Shown in pieces: positions 19,801 through 31,971 of a DNA stretch of 64,000 nt; within the stretch, counting starts at the first letter, position 1; each line of letters begins with the position of its first letter. A program made the translations under genes and the position numbers. The DNA is from a virus: positions 1-64,000 of IMG/VR virus record IMGVR_UViG_3300027782_000066, one strand, 5' to 3'. The notes below the pieces were generated by a model. It worked only from the letters and a program-made list of their open reading frames with translations, searched no databases and was not told the DNA's origin.

Positions 19801-22800
19801 CTTTAGCTATAATACCAACTCCGTTTCTCAAGGTAGAGATCGTGTTATCTCTAATCAAGGAAAACTTCCTGCCTGGTTGACTGATAATGCTCCTGTTATT
19901 GTTAAATCAAACGTAGGTGCTACTGTTCCAACTAACGTTGGATTTACTCCAAATACTTATGCTTGGTATAATAAGTACTTTACAAGAGGTGTTCAAGAAG
20001 CAATTACTAACGTAACTTCGTTTAGTGGTGGTATTAGTGGAACTACTCTTACAGCAACTACAATGACCTATGGCGCTCTGCAAGTAGGTCAAGAAGTAAC
20101 TGGAACTGGTGTAACTGCTGGTACATTCATCACTTCATTTGTCACTGGTACTGGTCAAAATAACGGTGGTACTTATACCGTTAATATTTCACAAACTGTT
20201 GCTGGCGGCACAACTTTAGTTGCATATCAAAAATCAGAAATGGCAACTTCAGGTAAAGGTGAATTTGGTATTTCAATTGTGCAGAATGGTCAACCCATTG
20301 ACTTCGGTGGCAGTCCAACTCCTGGTACTTCAACAGCGACTGCTCCTGCTAAGTTCTTCTGCACAAGAATTGTAGAAAATCTATATTCCAACTCGTTCTT
20401 CCTACCATTCCACGGCGGCACTATTGGACAAAGAACAAATTATGTAACTGGCGCATTTGCTGGATCTACTGATACATCACCTGTTCTCCCAGTAGCAACA
20501 GGATATCCAAAACCAGCATTTGATTATGTAACTGACCGTTATAACATTAGGTGGCCAAGAATCAGTCTGTTTATGTCACAGACAGGTACTGCTGGACAAG
20601 GTACTACAACCTTTACTGGTAACGTTTGGGGTACTGGTAACGTAGCATATTCTTCAATGCCTGTTGCTGCTGGTGGTGCTACTAACGCAATTTCTTCAGG
20701 TTCTGCTGGTGTTCTCGGAACAACCAAGTATAATATGGTTCCAGTAACCAATGATATCTTCAAGATTACTCAAACTGGTACTTCATTCCTACCAACAGGT
20801 CAACCAACAATTCAATTTACAATTAACTCTTCACAATCAATTTCTTATGGTGCGTTCAACAACGCAACTGTAGGTACAAGAGGTACTTCATCTGCTGGTG
20901 GTCCTTTAGGTGTAACAGCGTTTAAGTTTGCTACAACTTCTTCTGCTAAAATTCCTAACTCCAATAGTAACAGAATTATTGTTCCTATTCAGAAAATGTC
21001 ATTCTTAGAGAATGATCTGGTACGTTATGATACAAGTGGTGGTACTGAAATTGCTAGTTCATTTACTGGTATTTCAGGTCTTCAAAATGGACAAGTTTAT
21101 TCCATTAAGAACGTTTCATTAAAAACTCCTATTGCAACTTCATTAAATACAGCAAGAACATTAAGCGCAACTGCAACTGTATTTGATCTTGATACCAGCG
21201 TTACTGAAGTATTTACTGGTTCTATTGCAGGTAATACTTTAACTGTAACTGCAGTAACTACAGGAGTACTTCAAGTTGGTATGGTTATTACTGGTACTGG
21301 TATTACTGCTGGTACTGTTGTAACTGCATATGGTACAGGTCTTGGTGGTGTTGGTACTTATACTGTCAATGGTCAATCACAAACAGTATCTTCCACAACA
21401 ATTCAAGGTATCACGTCAGTTAATATTCTAGCAGGTGATATTCTTCAAATTGGTACTGATGGTATTGAACAAGTTTTCGTACTTCCTCCTGCAACATTTA
21501 CTGCAACAATTTCTGGCACTACTTTAACAGTATCTGCTGTATCTGGAACTCTTGCAGCAAACCAATTAATTACAACTTCTGGACTTACCTCAAATCCATT
21601 ACAAACTGTTGTTGATAATACTACGATTGTAAGTCAGAGTAGTGGTACTCCTGGTGGTGTTGGTGTTTATGTAATCAACAATGCTCAAACAATTTCAACT
21701 GCAACTAATATGACTGCTTCTTCTGGAGGCAATCAAATTACTGTAACCAGAGGTTATGGTGGTACAATTCCCACAATTATTCCAGAAGGAACACCAATTT
21801 ATAAACTCTACGGTTCATTCCAATTGTACTCACAAGTACTTCTGCAACCAAGAGCACTTGGTTTTGGTATTACTCTTGGGCAGATTGATGCTACCAATAT
21901 GATCTTCCACTTTGGTGGTACTGTAGCTTCTTCTGGTACTCCAAGAGCACATAACCTGCGTACTGGAGATCCATTGCTTCTGTCATCTGGTGGTGGTGGT
22001 ATTGTTGATCCATTTACTGGTAATACTATTACTACTGGCATAACAGTTTTTGCTATTGTACTTACTGACTTTGCATTCAAGATTGCTCCTACAAGAGAAG
22101 CAGCATTCTCTGACTTCTCAATGACCATTACAAACGTTGCTACATCATTCACTACAATTGTAGATACAATTCCTCTGAAGTCATATGTAAATATCTCTGA
22201 TGTCACACATAAACTTCTGAACGTTTCTTCTACTGGTTCTATTGACGGTCCTTATAATGCATCTTCCGTAACCACAAGAAAAGTTAATCTGAGACCACAA
22301 ACAAATACATCTCTGACAATTAATGCTAGAGATTTAACATTCAACCCAGCAAAAACTCTTAACCAAAAAACAGGTCAGTTCTTGTATGGCGGTCACGGAT
22401 TTTCAACTGGTTCGAGAGTAATCTACTCTAGAAATAATAATCCATTTGAGATTGGTAGAGAGAGGCAAAAGAATTATCAGATTAATAACGTAACTAGAGT
22501 ACAGCAGGCAACTGCAACTGGTACTCCTGGACTTGCAACTCTGACATTCACTGCACCACACGGTCTGACGATTGGTCAAATTTATCAAGCACAATACATC
22601 AATATTGATGGTACTGGTGCTACAACTGAAACGTTTGATGCTGTAAGTGTTCCTGTATACGTTAGTTCAACAACTCAAGTTCAATACATCAGTCCTATTT
22701 CAAACAGTGTAGTAGGTTCTACAAGTGTAACTGGTACGATGTCTTTGAGAGGAACTAATCATCCTCAGCTTGGTTATAATGCACTTTATGATCTTGATCT

Positions 22801-25800
22801 GACTGCTGCTCCTTCAGGAAACGGCGCAACCGTAACTTATACCTTTGCAAATACATATGAAGAAGCTTTCGCAGTTGGTGATAGTGTAAACGTAACTGGT
22901 GTTCTGGTTGCTGGTAGCACTACTAATGGATACAATGGAACCTTCAAGGTTACTAATTGTACTACTACAACTGTTACTGTAACAAATACAACAACTGGTG
23001 GTTCACCTTCAATTACTGCTACTGGATGTTCTGTAAGAGGTACTTATTATGTAATCAGAGATAGCTTTGATCTGTTCCGTCTTGCAAGAACAAAAGCAAA
23101 TTCTTTTGCTGGTATTGCAATTGCTAACTACTCTACAACTGGTTCTAACCAGATTGTACCAGCACAATTCAATATTCACACAATTCAAAGAACTTCTGGT
23201 GTAACTACAGTTACAACTGGTCAGCAGAATGGTGGGGTACTTGGTCACAACTTAGTAATTGGTATGGTTTATAATGCATCATTCATTGATATCAACTGCG
23301 GTGGTGCTTATATTTCTGGTTCTACTGTAGTTCCTTATAACTCAATGAATGCAAGTAATATACAAATTACTGTAACTACAACTACTCAGTTTACATATTC
23401 CAATCCTGGTCCTGATATTCCATCAACAAACATTGGTACTACCAATACACCAATTCTTGGTACAATGACCATTTCTGGTGTAAATGAAACTGGACATAAA
23501 CTGATTTCATTCCAAGTAGCTGGTGAAACGATGGGTAATGGTACTGCTACCATTAACTCTAAGGATGCTCTCCTGACTGATCCAACTAGTACATCAAACA
23601 ATATTAGACCAGCGACTGAAAGAATTGTTCTCACTTCACACGGGTTCCAAACTGGTGATCGTGTTATCTATCGCGTATGGGCGAATGGTACTCCAATTCT
23701 TGGTCTGGCTAATGGTGGTGAATATTATATCAATAACACAGTCAACCAAATTTCATCAGGTCCTTTGGTTCGTGGTGGTACTGAAAGTGGTCAAACTGCT
23801 AACCAGTTCTCACTTCACAACTCTTGGGTGGGTGCTTATACAAACACTGACCTAGTTGATATTCTTGGTGGTGGTACTGGTAACGTACACCAATTCAAGA
23901 TTTCTAACCCAACATTGAAAGGAACAACATATAAAGGCGAGTGGTCTTCAGGAGATAACTATTTCTACGGCGATATTGTTCTTTTCCGTAGTCAGTATTT
24001 TATGTCTAATAATGGTGTAGTTACTACTGCTGGTACTTTTGCTAATAACAACCAACAGCCTGTAAGAAATGATGGTTTATTTAATAATAACTGGCAAGAA
24101 GTTCCAAACCTTCCCGCATACTCTTCAAGATTCCTTGCTCAGTATAAAGGTGGTGATATACTGAAACTTAGTAATACAGTTCCTTCAAGAACCGTACCAT
24201 TTGCATTCAGTGCTGTATCAACAACAACTGGTATCTTTAGTGTAAGTAGTCACAGATTAACAACTGGTGATGCTGTAATCTATCGTGTAAATGCTGCTGG
24301 TGGTAACAATAGTAATGCATCAACACTTTCTAACATTTATGGTCAAGTTAATGGTACTGGTGATTTCCCGATGAAACCACAGGCAGGAAATAATTCTGCC
24401 ACAAATAATGATAAACTAATTGCTGATTATGTTTACTATGTAAACGTACTTGATACTTCAAACTTTACTCTGCATACATCACTATCTGGTGCTATTGCTG
24501 GTCAATCTTACACTTCAACAGCACTTAATACAATCTCTGGTGCTGGTTTCACATTCTCTAGTGTTTCTGGTTCTAGAACTGCTGCTGGTCTTGTAAGTAT
24601 CACAACTGGTGCTCACGGTTTACAAATAGGTGCTACTTACCTTGCTTCTATCAACGTTGATACTGCTGGTTTTGAAAACTATGATGCTTATAATGTAACG
24701 ATCAACGTACCTAGCTCTACGGTAATTACATATCAAACAAACATTCTGAGTGCAAACTCAGGTACAATCACTGGTACATTCCGTCTGATTGATCAAACTG
24801 ATCTGGTTGTTCCTGGAGCACCGACTAATACTGTAGCATATAATGGTCTTGGTTCTTATCATAGACTTGAAAAACTTGAAGGGCAAGTTTACGAACCAAT
24901 TATTATTGCGGTTAATAGTGATACTGAAATGGTTATCACTGATCCATACCCATCCAGACAGTTCACCTTCAACCCTCAAGGTACATTTAATTCACCATCA
25001 GGTACTCAGTTACCAAATGTTAACTTAACGAATGGTGATTTTTATATTCCATCTCACGGAATTATGACTGGTACTAAAATGTACTATTCTCCTGGTTTAA
25101 ATATTGGTATCAGACTTGGTAATATAACTGCTGGTGGTACTTATTATGCAATTAAAATTAATGATGATGTAATTCGCCTTGCTACATCACTTTCTGATGC
25201 TCTCTTAATGGTTCCAGTTATCCCAACTAACACTGGCGCTGGTTTCTATCACTATATCGTAGTTGCAACTCCTGCTGGTTCTACAAATATTCGTTATAAT
25301 ACAAGTGGAGCTCTAATTGGAGATACTCAGGGTTCTGGTACTCAGTTTGCGGGTATCGCATCTTCAAACTATTATAGTAGTCAAACTTCTGCTAATATCA
25401 GTCCTGGTGTTCTTCAAGGTTTGAATTTCCTTTATCCTACCAGTGTTTATGCAAGAGCAAATTGCATCAATCTTCACAGACCATTTGATGGTGGTGTTGA
25501 ACTTCAAAATGCTAAGAACCCACAGACACAAGTTATCCGTCAGACACGTAAATACTTCCGTTATCAGTCTGGTAAAGGTCTGCAATATTCTAGTGGTATT
25601 AACTTCAGTCCATCAATTGATGTTTCATACATCACACACGATGGAACTACATATGCAACTCTTGTTAGCAGAAAAGCTCATAACTTCTCCGCTGGTAATA
25701 GAATTAAAGTTGAAGGTGTGGCAGTAACAAGTGGTGTTGCAACTCCTTATACAAATCCAGCAAACGGTCTATACTTTACCGTATTTGATACTCCTGATGA

Positions 25801-27094
25801 ATTCACACTTCGTTATGCTACTAATGGTGTGCCAGCTGATTTAGCACCATCAGGATATCCAGATCTCTTCCCATATGAGTGGACTGATGCTTCTGTTCGC
25901 GCTGGTATGTATGACGACCAAAATGGTATGTTCTTCGAATTTGATGGTCAAAATCTTTATTGTGTAAGAAGATCTTCTACCGCTCAACTTGCTGGATTTG
26001 TATCAACAACATTTAATAGCAATGTTATTACTGGTGTTGATACTAGATTTACTAAGCAATTAGTTGCTGGTGATTATATTGTGGTTCGTGGACAAAGTTA
26101 TAAAGTAACTTCTGTAACTTCAAATACTACCATTAATATTTCTCCTGCATATAGAGGTGCTGCTGGTACAAGATTGATTTTAACTAAAACTGATGAATTG
26201 AGAATTCCACAATCTTCTTGGAATATTGATAAGTGTGATGGAACTGGAATTAGTGGATTTAGATTGAACATCAATAGAATGCAAATGGCATATATGGATT
26301 ACTCCTGGTATGGTGCTGGTAGAGTTCGCTTTGGTTTCAAAGATACTCACGGTAAAGTATTCTATGTTCACGAATTTGTTCACAACAACAAAAAAACTGA
26401 AGCATACTTACGTTCTGGTAACCTCCCCGCACGTTATGAAATTCTGAATGGTAACAACCCAACATATTCACCATCACTCTACCATTGGGGTGCATCGGTA
26501 ATTATGGATGGTGGATTTGAGGATGACAAAGCGTATCTGTTTACTGCTGCTTCAGGTTCTGGTGGTTCTGATATTATTACAGTTCCTTCAGCACTATTTG
26601 GTACTCAGGTTCCAATCATCTCAATGCGTCTGGCACCTTCTGTAGATAGTTCTTTGGTTGGCGCTCTTGGTTCACGCGACCTGATCAACAGAATGACACT
26701 GAAGCCTAACTCTTGCGGTATCGTTATTACTAACACTAACAACAGAGCCTGCTCTGTTCGCCTGATTCTGAACGGTAACCTCTCACAGTCTGCATACTTC
26801 ACGAACTACGGTTCACCTTCACTGACCCAAGTAATTAAGCACACTGGTGCTATCAACGATACCATCTCTGGCGGTACAGTTGTATTTGAATTCCGTGCTG
26901 CTTCTGGTGCATCGGTAACTCAAGATCTGGGTCAACTGATTGAACTTGGTAACTCAATTATGGGTGGTGATTATGTATATCCTAACGGTCCTGATATTCT
27001 GTCTATGGCGGTCGTACCAACAGATCCTACTGCTGGTACTGCTGGCAATACATTCGTAACTGCACGTCTTACTTGGACTGAATCACAAGCGTGA
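16892..27094 (+). CDS. Giant (3400 aa) modular virion structural / tail-associated protein
   Basis: Conserved-looking ends ([24 protein letters not shown]; [13 protein letters not shown]; [12 protein letters not shown]) with inserted HG(L/F)xxG and FTGSIxGxTLT repeats; directly upstream of gp13. Confidence 0.75.
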   Translation: MAKQLSYYYTFTPGTRTVVISGNVNRKRLLLITNTTRNVIVYNMTQPSLGASAITYNADNDETTVVLTYDTGAAGHQSGDTLQIFAEQDTVKFEPAEYLIDPVSKLRVSQPNTLIDTDFEYGLQSTKWETLERCNNVPSFYSVAGDTSISNITAITTNGGREVTVTTASAHGLTTGIPIDIRGITSITVEGTWLIRKTTDYQFTFETPFTQLGTTSVPVSILTPYSTIIVGRFYVNSVLNLDNSVTVDEGPMVTDGVSPASTISVTTSYDHGFVTGSPFYLTNSLGNISVNFDPASFSVGGNIEDRTSFDYDTGFFNPYEPIHDGCTLKKIPANFIDSNTGATISTTGSIATFTLTTTGNPALLAGHTITGTGVAPNTIILSGSGNTWTVNISQTTTNGPLTASFPTAGFIRIDNHGLENGDPLCYIGTTHTTSPQILAVSSGYFQIASGNLPSYNNDGTGGANASGWLYAAVIDEDHIRVATNPKDAYDRTNLISFSSFGGNSTATLFFGLMNKRGYEIQSSIFSIQTIASSSEVRVAFPAGTTCKSLNIYPEMQISLNNTGVSSLDGVYVVKEYPVTSNFTNDIFNENDTHFIMEGPTNSSGNFATQASSVTYSFSGSAASVNTILTLSSYERSIQPTSITAVSGSTVTINGVSALGDGTNPYRVGSVVRFTALGSLTGVTPNLDYFISAVGALSSGSVTLTLSTTHPTIATTAVTLGGTTSAGTFTGSITGNTLTAGSVTGYVQVGQLVTGTGITAGTVITGFGSGTGGAGTYFVNTQQTVTSTAMTVSANLKIYTNGIRAQVHSGANSWQNHTRMSIHDWSSLTGKMFTREAISNTGHSIYIKNHGLSNGQPLMFVGGGNGFVNSAGSGTAVASNYAILNESVNQGYVYFVLVTDRDNFTLWTSEPDGFTGAYGGWVTTPTVGGTMGTLSGNVAQVVLSPTGSPSVLPITQSGGIYQLHPGFMVGNFSYNTNSVSQGRDRVISNQGKLPAWLTDNAPVIVKSNVGATVPTNVGFTPNTYAWYNKYFTRGVQEAITNVTSFSGGISGTTLTATTMTYGALQVGQEVTGTGVTAGTFITSFVTGTGQNNGGTYTVNISQTVAGGTTLVAYQKSEMATSGKGEFGISIVQNGQPIDFGGSPTPGTSTATAPAKFFCTRIVENLYSNSFFLPFHGGTIGQRTNYVTGAFAGSTDTSPVLPVATGYPKPAFDYVTDRYNIRWPRISLFMSQTGTAGQGTTTFTGNVWGTGNVAYSSMPVAAGGATNAISSGSAGVLGTTKYNMVPVTNDIFKITQTGTSFLPTGQPTIQFTINSSQSISYGAFNNATVGTRGTSSAGGPLGVTAFKFATTSSAKIPNSNSNRIIVPIQKMSFLENDLVRYDTSGGTEIASSFTGISGLQNGQVYSIKNVSLKTPIATSLNTARTLSATATVFDLDTSVTEVFTGSIAGNTLTVTAVTTGVLQVGMVITGTGITAGTVVTAYGTGLGGVGTYTVNGQSQTVSSTTIQGITSVNILAGDILQIGTDGIEQVFVLPPATFTATISGTTLTVSAVSGTLAANQLITTSGLTSNPLQTVVDNTTIVSQSSGTPGGVGVYVINNAQTISTATNMTASSGGNQITVTRGYGGTIPTIIPEGTPIYKLYGSFQLYSQVLLQPRALGFGITLGQIDATNMIFHFGGTVASSGTPRAHNLRTGDPLLLSSGGGGIVDPFTGNTITTGITVFAIVLTDFAFKIAPTREAAFSDFSMTITNVATSFTTIVDTIPLKSYVNISDVTHKLLNVSSTGSIDGPYNASSVTTRKVNLRPQTNTSLTINARDLTFNPAKTLNQKTGQFLYGGHGFSTGSRVIYSRNNNPFEIGRERQKNYQINNVTRVQQATATGTPGLATLTFTAPHGLTIGQIYQAQYINIDGTGATTETFDAVSVPVYVSSTTQVQYISPISNSVVGSTSVTGTMSLRGTNHPQLGYNALYDLDLTAAPSGNGATVTYTFANTYEEAFAVGDSVNVTGVLVAGSTTNGYNGTFKVTNCTTTTVTVTNTTTGGSPSITATGCSVRGTYYVIRDSFDLFRLARTKANSFAGIAIANYSTTGSNQIVPAQFNIHTIQRTSGVTTVTTGQQNGGVLGHNLVIGMVYNASFIDINCGGAYISGSTVVPYNSMNASNIQITVTTTTQFTYSNPGPDIPSTNIGTTNTPILGTMTISGVNETGHKLISFQVAGETMGNGTATINSKDALLTDPTSTSNNIRPATERIVLTSHGFQTGDRVIYRVWANGTPILGLANGGEYYINNTVNQISSGPLVRGGTESGQTANQFSLHNSWVGAYTNTDLVDILGGGTGNVHQFKISNPTLKGTTYKGEWSSGDNYFYGDIVLFRSQYFMSNNGVVTTAGTFANNNQQPVRNDGLFNNNWQEVPNLPAYSSRFLAQYKGGDILKLSNTVPSRTVPFAFSAVSTTTGIFSVSSHRLTTGDAVIYRVNAAGGNNSNASTLSNIYGQVNGTGDFPMKPQAGNNSATNNDKLIADYVYYVNVLDTSNFTLHTSLSGAIAGQSYTSTALNTISGAGFTFSSVSGSRTAAGLVSITTGAHGLQIGATYLASINVDTAGFENYDAYNVTINVPSSTVITYQTNILSANSGTITGTFRLIDQTDLVVPGAPTNTVAYNGLGSYHRLEKLEGQVYEPIIIAVNSDTEMVITDPYPSRQFTFNPQGTFNSPSGTQLPNVNLTNGDFYIPSHGIMTGTKMYYSPGLNIGIRLGNITAGGTYYAIKINDDVIRLATSLSDALLMVPVIPTNTGAGFYHYIVVATPAGSTNIRYNTSGALIGDTQGSGTQFAGIASSNYYSSQTSANISPGVLQGLNFLYPTSVYARANCINLHRPFDGGVELQNAKNPQTQVIRQTRKYFRYQSGKGLQYSSGINFSPSIDVSYITHDGTTYATLVSRKAHNFSAGNRIKVEGVAVTSGVATPYTNPANGLYFTVFDTPDEFTLRYATNGVPADLAPSGYPDLFPYEWTDASVRAGMYDDQNGMFFEFDGQNLYCVRRSSTAQLAGFVSTTFNSNVITGVDTRFTKQLVAGDYIVVRGQSYKVTSVTSNTTINISPAYRGAAGTRLILTKTDELRIPQSSWNIDKCDGTGISGFRLNINRMQMAYMDYSWYGAGRVRFGFKDTHGKVFYVHEFVHNNKKTEAYLRSGNLPARYEILNGNNPTYSPSLYHWGASVIMDGGFEDDKAYLFTAASGSGGSDIITVPSALFGTQVPIISMRLAPSVDSSLVGALGSRDLINRMTLKPNSCGIVITNTNNRACSVRLILNGNLSQSAYFTNYGSPSLTQVIKHTGAINDTISGGTVVFEFRAASGASVTQDLGQLIELGNSIMGGDYVYPNGPDILSMAVVPTDPTAGTAGNTFVTARLTWTESQA

Positions 27095-27117
27095 TTTTTT
27101 CTCAAAACTGAATCAAG

Positions 27118-27149
27118 GAGGGGGGAAACCCCCTCTTTTTTTATAAATA
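27118..27149 (+). terminator. Intrinsic terminator overlapping late promoter TATAAATA (27142-27149)
   Basis: gagggg-gaaa-cccctc + T run continuing into TATAAATA. Confidence 0.85.
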
Positions 27150-27173
27150 CTTTTATAGGAATATTATAACCCA

Positions 27174-27983
27174 ATGGCACGTCCATCATCACGCCAACAA
27201 TTAATTGATTATTGTCTGAGAAGATTAGGTTTTCCAGTATTGGAAATTAATATAGACGATGATCAAATTGAAGATCTGGTGGACGATGCTGTGCAATTTT
27301 TTCAAGAACGTCACTTTGATGGTAACATTCGTACATTTTTAAAATATAAAATTACACCTGAAATTACAGCGGCTGCAAAAACAAATAAAACTATTACAGT
27401 ATCTGGTGCAACTCCAGCAATTCTTTATGAGCAGAATAACTATGTACCAATTCCTGATCATATCCTAAGTATTCAACAAGTATATGCTCAGGATAACAGT
27501 GTGTCTTCTGTATCAGGAAATATTTTTAGTATGAAATATCAGTTATTTTTAAATGATTTTTATAATTTTGGTTCGATGGAAATTTTAAACTATTATATGA
27601 TTAAAAGTTATATGGAAACTCTTGATTGGGTACTTTCAAACTTTAAACCAGTACGTTGGAATAAGAGAGAAAATAAATTATGGATTGATACTGATTGGGA
27701 TCAACTATCATCAGGAAATTATTTGATTATTGATTGTTATAGAATGCTTGATCCAAATGAAAGCACAGAAATTTGGAATGATGTATGGATGAAGAGATAT
27801 CTTACTGCACTGATTAAACGTCAATGGGGACAAAATCTTATCAAATTTAAAAACGTTGCATTACCTGGAGGCGTTACATTAAATGGCAGAGAAATTTATG
27901 AAGACGGTGACAATGAAATTCAGCAAATTATGGCAGAGTTCCAACTGGCAGCAGAACTTCCACCATTGGATATGATAGGATAA
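27174..27983 (+). CDS. gp13: Neck protein gp13
   Basis: 'LIDYCLRRLGFPVLEINIDDDQIED', 'LIKRQWGQNLIKF...LPGGVTLNG'; synteny. Confidence 0.93.
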   Translation: MARPSSRQQLIDYCLRRLGFPVLEINIDDDQIEDLVDDAVQFFQERHFDGNIRTFLKYKITPEITAAAKTNKTITVSGATPAILYEQNNYVPIPDHILSIQQVYAQDNSVSSVSGNIFSMKYQLFLNDFYNFGSMEILNYYMIKSYMETLDWVLSNFKPVRWNKRENKLWIDTDWDQLSSGNYLIIDCYRMLDPNESTEIWNDVWMKRYLTALIKRQWGQNLIKFKNVALPGGVTLNGREIYEDGDNEIQQIMAEFQLAAELPPLDMIG

Positions 27984-29089
27984 TGGCAAGAAATCTTTAC
28001 TTCACTCAAGGTACTAAGGGTGAACAAAATTTAGTTCAAGATCTTATTGATGAGCACATCAAGATTTATGGTATTGAATGTTATTATATTCCCAGAAAAA
28101 TTTATGAAGATAAACTTTGGAAGGATATCTACTATTCAGAGTTTAAAGATAGTTATCTAATTGAAATGTATCTTGAAAACTTTGAAGGATTTGGTGGCAA
28201 AGGAGATATCCTTTCTAAGTTCGGATTAAAAGTTAGTGATGAAATTACTCTCACAGTATCACGTCGTCGTTGGAAAGATTTTGTAGATCTTTCTACTAAT
28301 AAAATTGTACAAGGAAGACCTAATGATGGTGACCTTATTTTCTTCCCATTAAATCAAAACGTATTTGAAATTAAATTTGTAGAAAATCAAAGTCCTTTCT
28401 ATCAATTAAATAAATTATACATCTATACTTTGACGTGTGAAATATTTGAGTATGGTGATAGTATCTTTGATACTGGAAATGCTGAAATTGATAATCTTGA
28501 TAAAGAAAGTGGAGACTATCCTATCATTCTCAATGTTGGTGGTACTGGAAACTTTACTCCAGGAGAAAAGATTTTCGGATCTAAATTTACAGCAACTGCT
28601 TCAGGAGTATTGGTAGATAATTATCTTGGAACTATTAGAATAACTTCGTCTGGTTCTGGATATGTAACTCCGCCAGTAGTTTCTGTCTACAGTGCTCAAG
28701 GCAACTTTATTGATAATGGTTCTTGCACAATTTCTGGCGGTAAAGTTAAGCAAATAACTGGTCCAACAGCAATTTATACATTCTCTGGTGTTCCTTCAAT
28801 TCTTCTTGGAGCATCACCACAAGATTCAACTGCAAGTGTTGCTACTTGGGATCCTGATAATAGAACTGTCACTGTTGTTTATACTAAAGGAGACTTTGCT
28901 GACGGAGAACTTATTAGAGGAGAGACCTCCAAATCTGCTTGGAGAATTACTAGCACTGATGATATTGATACTAGTGTTGGAACCGATTACTCAGAAAATA
29001 GACAGATTGAAGATGTTGGAAATCTTCTTATTGATTTTTCTGAAAGTAATCCATTTGGTAATTATGGAGATATGGAGGAATTATTCTAA
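27983..29089 (+). CDS. gp14: Neck protein gp14 (with inserted beta domain)
   Basis: 'EQNLVQDLIDE.IKIYG', 'RPNDGDLIFFP', 'DFSESNPFG'; synteny. Confidence 0.92.
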   Translation: MARNLYFTQGTKGEQNLVQDLIDEHIKIYGIECYYIPRKIYEDKLWKDIYYSEFKDSYLIEMYLENFEGFGGKGDILSKFGLKVSDEITLTVSRRRWKDFVDLSTNKIVQGRPNDGDLIFFPLNQNVFEIKFVENQSPFYQLNKLYIYTLTCEIFEYGDSIFDTGNAEIDNLDKESGDYPIILNVGGTGNFTPGEKIFGSKFTATASGVLVDNYLGTIRITSSGSGYVTPPVVSVYSAQGNFIDNGSCTISGGKVKQITGPTAIYTFSGVPSILLGASPQDSTASVATWDPDNRTVTVVYTKGDFADGELIRGETSKSAWRITSTDDIDTSVGTDYSENRQIEDVGNLLIDFSESNPFGNYGDMEELF

Positions 29090-29892
29090 TGTTAGGAAAT
29101 TATTTTTACCACAAAATTATTAGAAAAACAGTTTCCACATTCGGTACACTGTTTAATAATGTACAAATTAAAACATATGACGGTCAAGCAAAATTCATAA
29201 AGCAGGAAAAAGTTCCTTTGGCATATGGAGCTATGCAAAAATTTCTTGCTAGATTAAAGCAAGCTCCAGATATTGATAAAAATTTTACTATCAATGTACC
29301 AAGATTGTCATTTGAGATGACAGGAATTTCGTATGATGGCGGTAGAAAAGTTCCGCCTATTCAAAAGAATAGAATAGTTAATGAGGAGACTAAAGGATAT
29401 GATGTGCAGTATATGCCTGTTCCTTATAATGTAGAATTTGAGTTAGGTATCATTACGAAATCGCAAGATGATGCTTTACAAATTCTTGAACAAATTCTTC
29501 CATTTTTTCAACCACAACTGACTGTAACTATTGAAATAATTCCAGAAATGAATGAAACTCGTGACATTCCAATTATATTAAATAGTGTTGACTTTAATGA
29601 TGACTATGAAGGTGATTTAATGGAACGCAGAATTATTACCTATACATTAAGATTTACAGCAAAAACTTATCTGTACGGTCCTATTAGTTCTGGCGACATC
29701 ATTAAAAAATCTATTGCCAATATTAATATTGGTAATAAGGTTACTAATGCTAAGGTTCTTAAATATCAAGTAGAACCAGAAGCAATTACAGATTTGAATA
29801 ATGATAATGTTGTGAATGCTGCTGACACAGCATTACTTACAGCAGAAGATGATTTTGGATTTAACGAAGGTGTGACCTATTATGGACCATAA
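29089..29892 (+). CDS. gp15: Tail sheath stabilizer/completion protein gp15
   Basis: 'YFYHKIIRKTV..FGTLFN', 'VPLAYG', 'EQILPFFQP', 'DDYEGD'. Confidence 0.93.
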   Translation: MLGNYFYHKIIRKTVSTFGTLFNNVQIKTYDGQAKFIKQEKVPLAYGAMQKFLARLKQAPDIDKNFTINVPRLSFEMTGISYDGGRKVPPIQKNRIVNEETKGYDVQYMPVPYNVEFELGIITKSQDDALQILEQILPFFQPQLTVTIEIIPEMNETRDIPIILNSVDFNDDYEGDLMERRIITYTLRFTAKTYLYGPISSGDIIKKSIANINIGNKVTNAKVLKYQVEPEAITDLNNDNVVNAADTALLTAEDDFGFNEGVTYYGP

Positions 29893-30304
29893 ATTTCAAG
29901 AGAATATGGAAAACATTTTTGACATTGAAGCAGTAGAAACGGAAACAGAAGTTGTTTCTGAAAATTCTGTCGTGGAAAATATAGATGATATTGATAGTGA
30001 TTATAAGTATGCTCGTACTGAGTTATATGAATTAATTAAAAAAGGACAAGTTGCTATTGATGAATTAATTGATGTTGCTCGTAGTAGCAATCATCCTAGA
30101 GCATATGAGGTTGCTTTTCAAGGAATTAAAAATGTTGCTGACATTACAGATAAGTTAGCAGACCTTCAAAAGAAAATGAAAGATATTAAAGCAGAAGATA
30201 AAAAATCTAATCCAACTATCGTTAATAATACTATGTTTGTTGGATCAACTGCTGACCTTGCGAAGATGTTAAAGAACGCTTCAAAAAACCTAAATAATCA
30301 ATAA
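29882..30304 (+). CDS. gp16: Terminase small subunit gp16
   Basis: 'DYKYAR', 'HPRAYEV', 'NNTMFVGSTADL'. Confidence 0.93.
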   Translation: MDHKFQENMENIFDIEAVETETEVVSENSVVENIDDIDSDYKYARTELYELIKKGQVAIDELIDVARSSNHPRAYEVAFQGIKNVADITDKLADLQKKMKDIKAEDKKSNPTIVNNTMFVGSTADLAKMLKNASKNLNNQ

Positions 30305-30317
30305 ACGGAAAATTAGA

Positions 30318-30575
30318 ATGAGAACCAGATTACTTGGAACGCAAGTAGCATTATCAACAACTAGTGGTAATACTTTTACTAATGCTACTGTACTTAGATT
30401 AATTAATACTGCAACTAGTGGTGTAACTATTACTTTAAATGAAAATGATGACACAACTTTAGTGGGAGTTATAACTCTTTCTGCTGGTCAAGTAGAATTT
30501 TTAGAAAAAGATTCTGACCAAAGAGTTCGTGGTAACACTGCAGTTTATGGCAATAAGGTGGCGTATACTCACTAA
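30318..30575 (+). CDS. Small hypothetical virion protein
   Basis: 85-aa beta-rich ORF between gp16 and gp17; CTAAATA late motif at ~30290. Confidence 0.65.
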   Translation: MRTRLLGTQVALSTTSGNTFTNATVLRLINTATSGVTITLNENDDTTLVGVITLSAGQVEFLEKDSDQRVRGNTAVYGNKVAYTH

Positions 30576-31225
30576 TGGCACAATTTAATAAGGTATTACA
30601 AACTTTTCTTGGTCAACAAAAATCACTTTATGAAGTGATGATGCTTGCCAATAAAGATGGAGACCCAATTAACCAAGCAAATCCACTTCATGTTTCTCTG
30701 GGAGCAGAAAGTATTACAATTACTGGTTCTGCAGGAAGTTTTTATTCCTTCAACAATCACGCAACAAATACAAATCGTGGTTGGACTATGGATGATACAA
30801 TGAGACCTGTAATCAGTATTAGAGTGAATAGTTCTGGAACTACTACATCAGACTTGACAGAAATTACAGAATATGAAATTGGAAATAATAATGCAAGTCA
30901 AAGCACTATCATCTATGAGTGGTATGAGGGTGATATTAATATTGCTGGAGCAGCAATTCCTGCTTGGAATTCACTAGGAACAAAATTACAATATAGAATA
31001 TATCAAGATAAGTATAGTAGTAATGCAGGAAATACCTTCACACAAAATAGTTCTGTTATGAGACATAGTGGAGTTATTATTGGAAAAAATACTTCTGGTG
31101 ATGAAGGACCATCAACTATGCATGGTGGAGCATCTCCAAATATGCTTACACTTTGTATGAAAAGAGTTGATAACTCAACAAAATTAGATGTTTGGTTTGC
31201 TTTTACTTGTAAGGAATTATTATGA
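30575..31225 (+). CDS. Hypothetical virion protein sharing C-terminal motifs with the 3400-aa protein
   Basis: 'RPVISIRV...PNMLTLCM...FTCKEL' resembles 'VPIISMRL...PDILSMAV...LTWTES'. Confidence 0.6.
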   Translation: MAQFNKVLQTFLGQQKSLYEVMMLANKDGDPINQANPLHVSLGAESITITGSAGSFYSFNNHATNTNRGWTMDDTMRPVISIRVNSSGTTTSDLTEITEYEIGNNNASQSTIIYEWYEGDINIAGAAIPAWNSLGTKLQYRIYQDKYSSNAGNTFTQNSSVMRHSGVIIGKNTSGDEGPSTMHGGASPNMLTLCMKRVDNSTKLDVWFAFTCKELL

Positions 31226-31968
31226 AAAAAATAGTTCCTACCGAAAAAGAAATTGCTCGGCAACATGGAGTTTCTGTTAAATATGTTATACGTCAGGCAG
31301 AGATTGGTTCTACCGTTGAGCGTGAGCATGTAACTACGCATGAAGAAGCTTACGGTATTGCCCTTCAGCATATTATGGAGTTCCCCGATTACTACAAACA
31401 TTTACTACCTATGGAAAAACAACTTAAATCAGAGTGGAAGAAGAAAGACCCGATTAAAGAAAATCATATTGCCATTGCTATGGGCCAAATGCTTGATGAT
31501 GAAGGTAGTATGATCATCAATCAACTTGATGAAATTGAGCGTTATGTACAAATGCTTCGTGGAGTTATCACTGGACCTGAGATGCAAGTACCTGGATGGG
31601 TTCAATCAAAGGTAACTCTAGCAACAGATTATATGAATACTGTTGCAAATTATATGTCAAGTAAGAACGAAGAAGTTCAATTGGATAAGTTATCATTCAA
31701 AGAATTCACGGAAATTTGCGAAGGTGCTGCCTGGACTAAAAGTTCAGGAAAAAATAAAAATGGTGGTCTCAATGAAAAAGGAAGAAAATCTTATGAAAAA
31801 GAAAATCCTGGTAGTGATTTAAAAGCACCATCAAAAGAAGTTGGTAATTCTCGTAGGTCTTCATTCTGTGCGAGGATGAAAGGTATGAAGAAGAAACTTA
31901 CATCAAAGAAAACTGCTTCAGATCCAGATAGTAGAATTAATAAAAGTTTAAGATCTTGGAATTGTTAA
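31222..31968 (+). CDS. Modular hypothetical protein (three short domains joined by Glu-ending linkers)
   Basis: Modules 'VEREH...IALQHIMEFPDYY', 'WVQSKVTLATDY', 'AWTKSSGKNKNGGLN...SFCARM...SLRSWNC'; translationally coupled. Confidence 0.7.
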   Translation: MKKIVPTEKEIARQHGVSVKYVIRQAEIGSTVEREHVTTHEEAYGIALQHIMEFPDYYKHLLPMEKQLKSEWKKKDPIKENHIAIAMGQMLDDEGSMIINQLDEIERYVQMLRGVITGPEMQVPGWVQSKVTLATDYMNTVANYMSSKNEEVQLDKLSFKEFTEICEGAAWTKSSGKNKNGGLNEKGRKSYEKENPGSDLKAPSKEVGNSRRSSFCARMKGMKKKLTSKKTASDPDSRINKSLRSWNC

Positions 31969-31971
31969 AGT

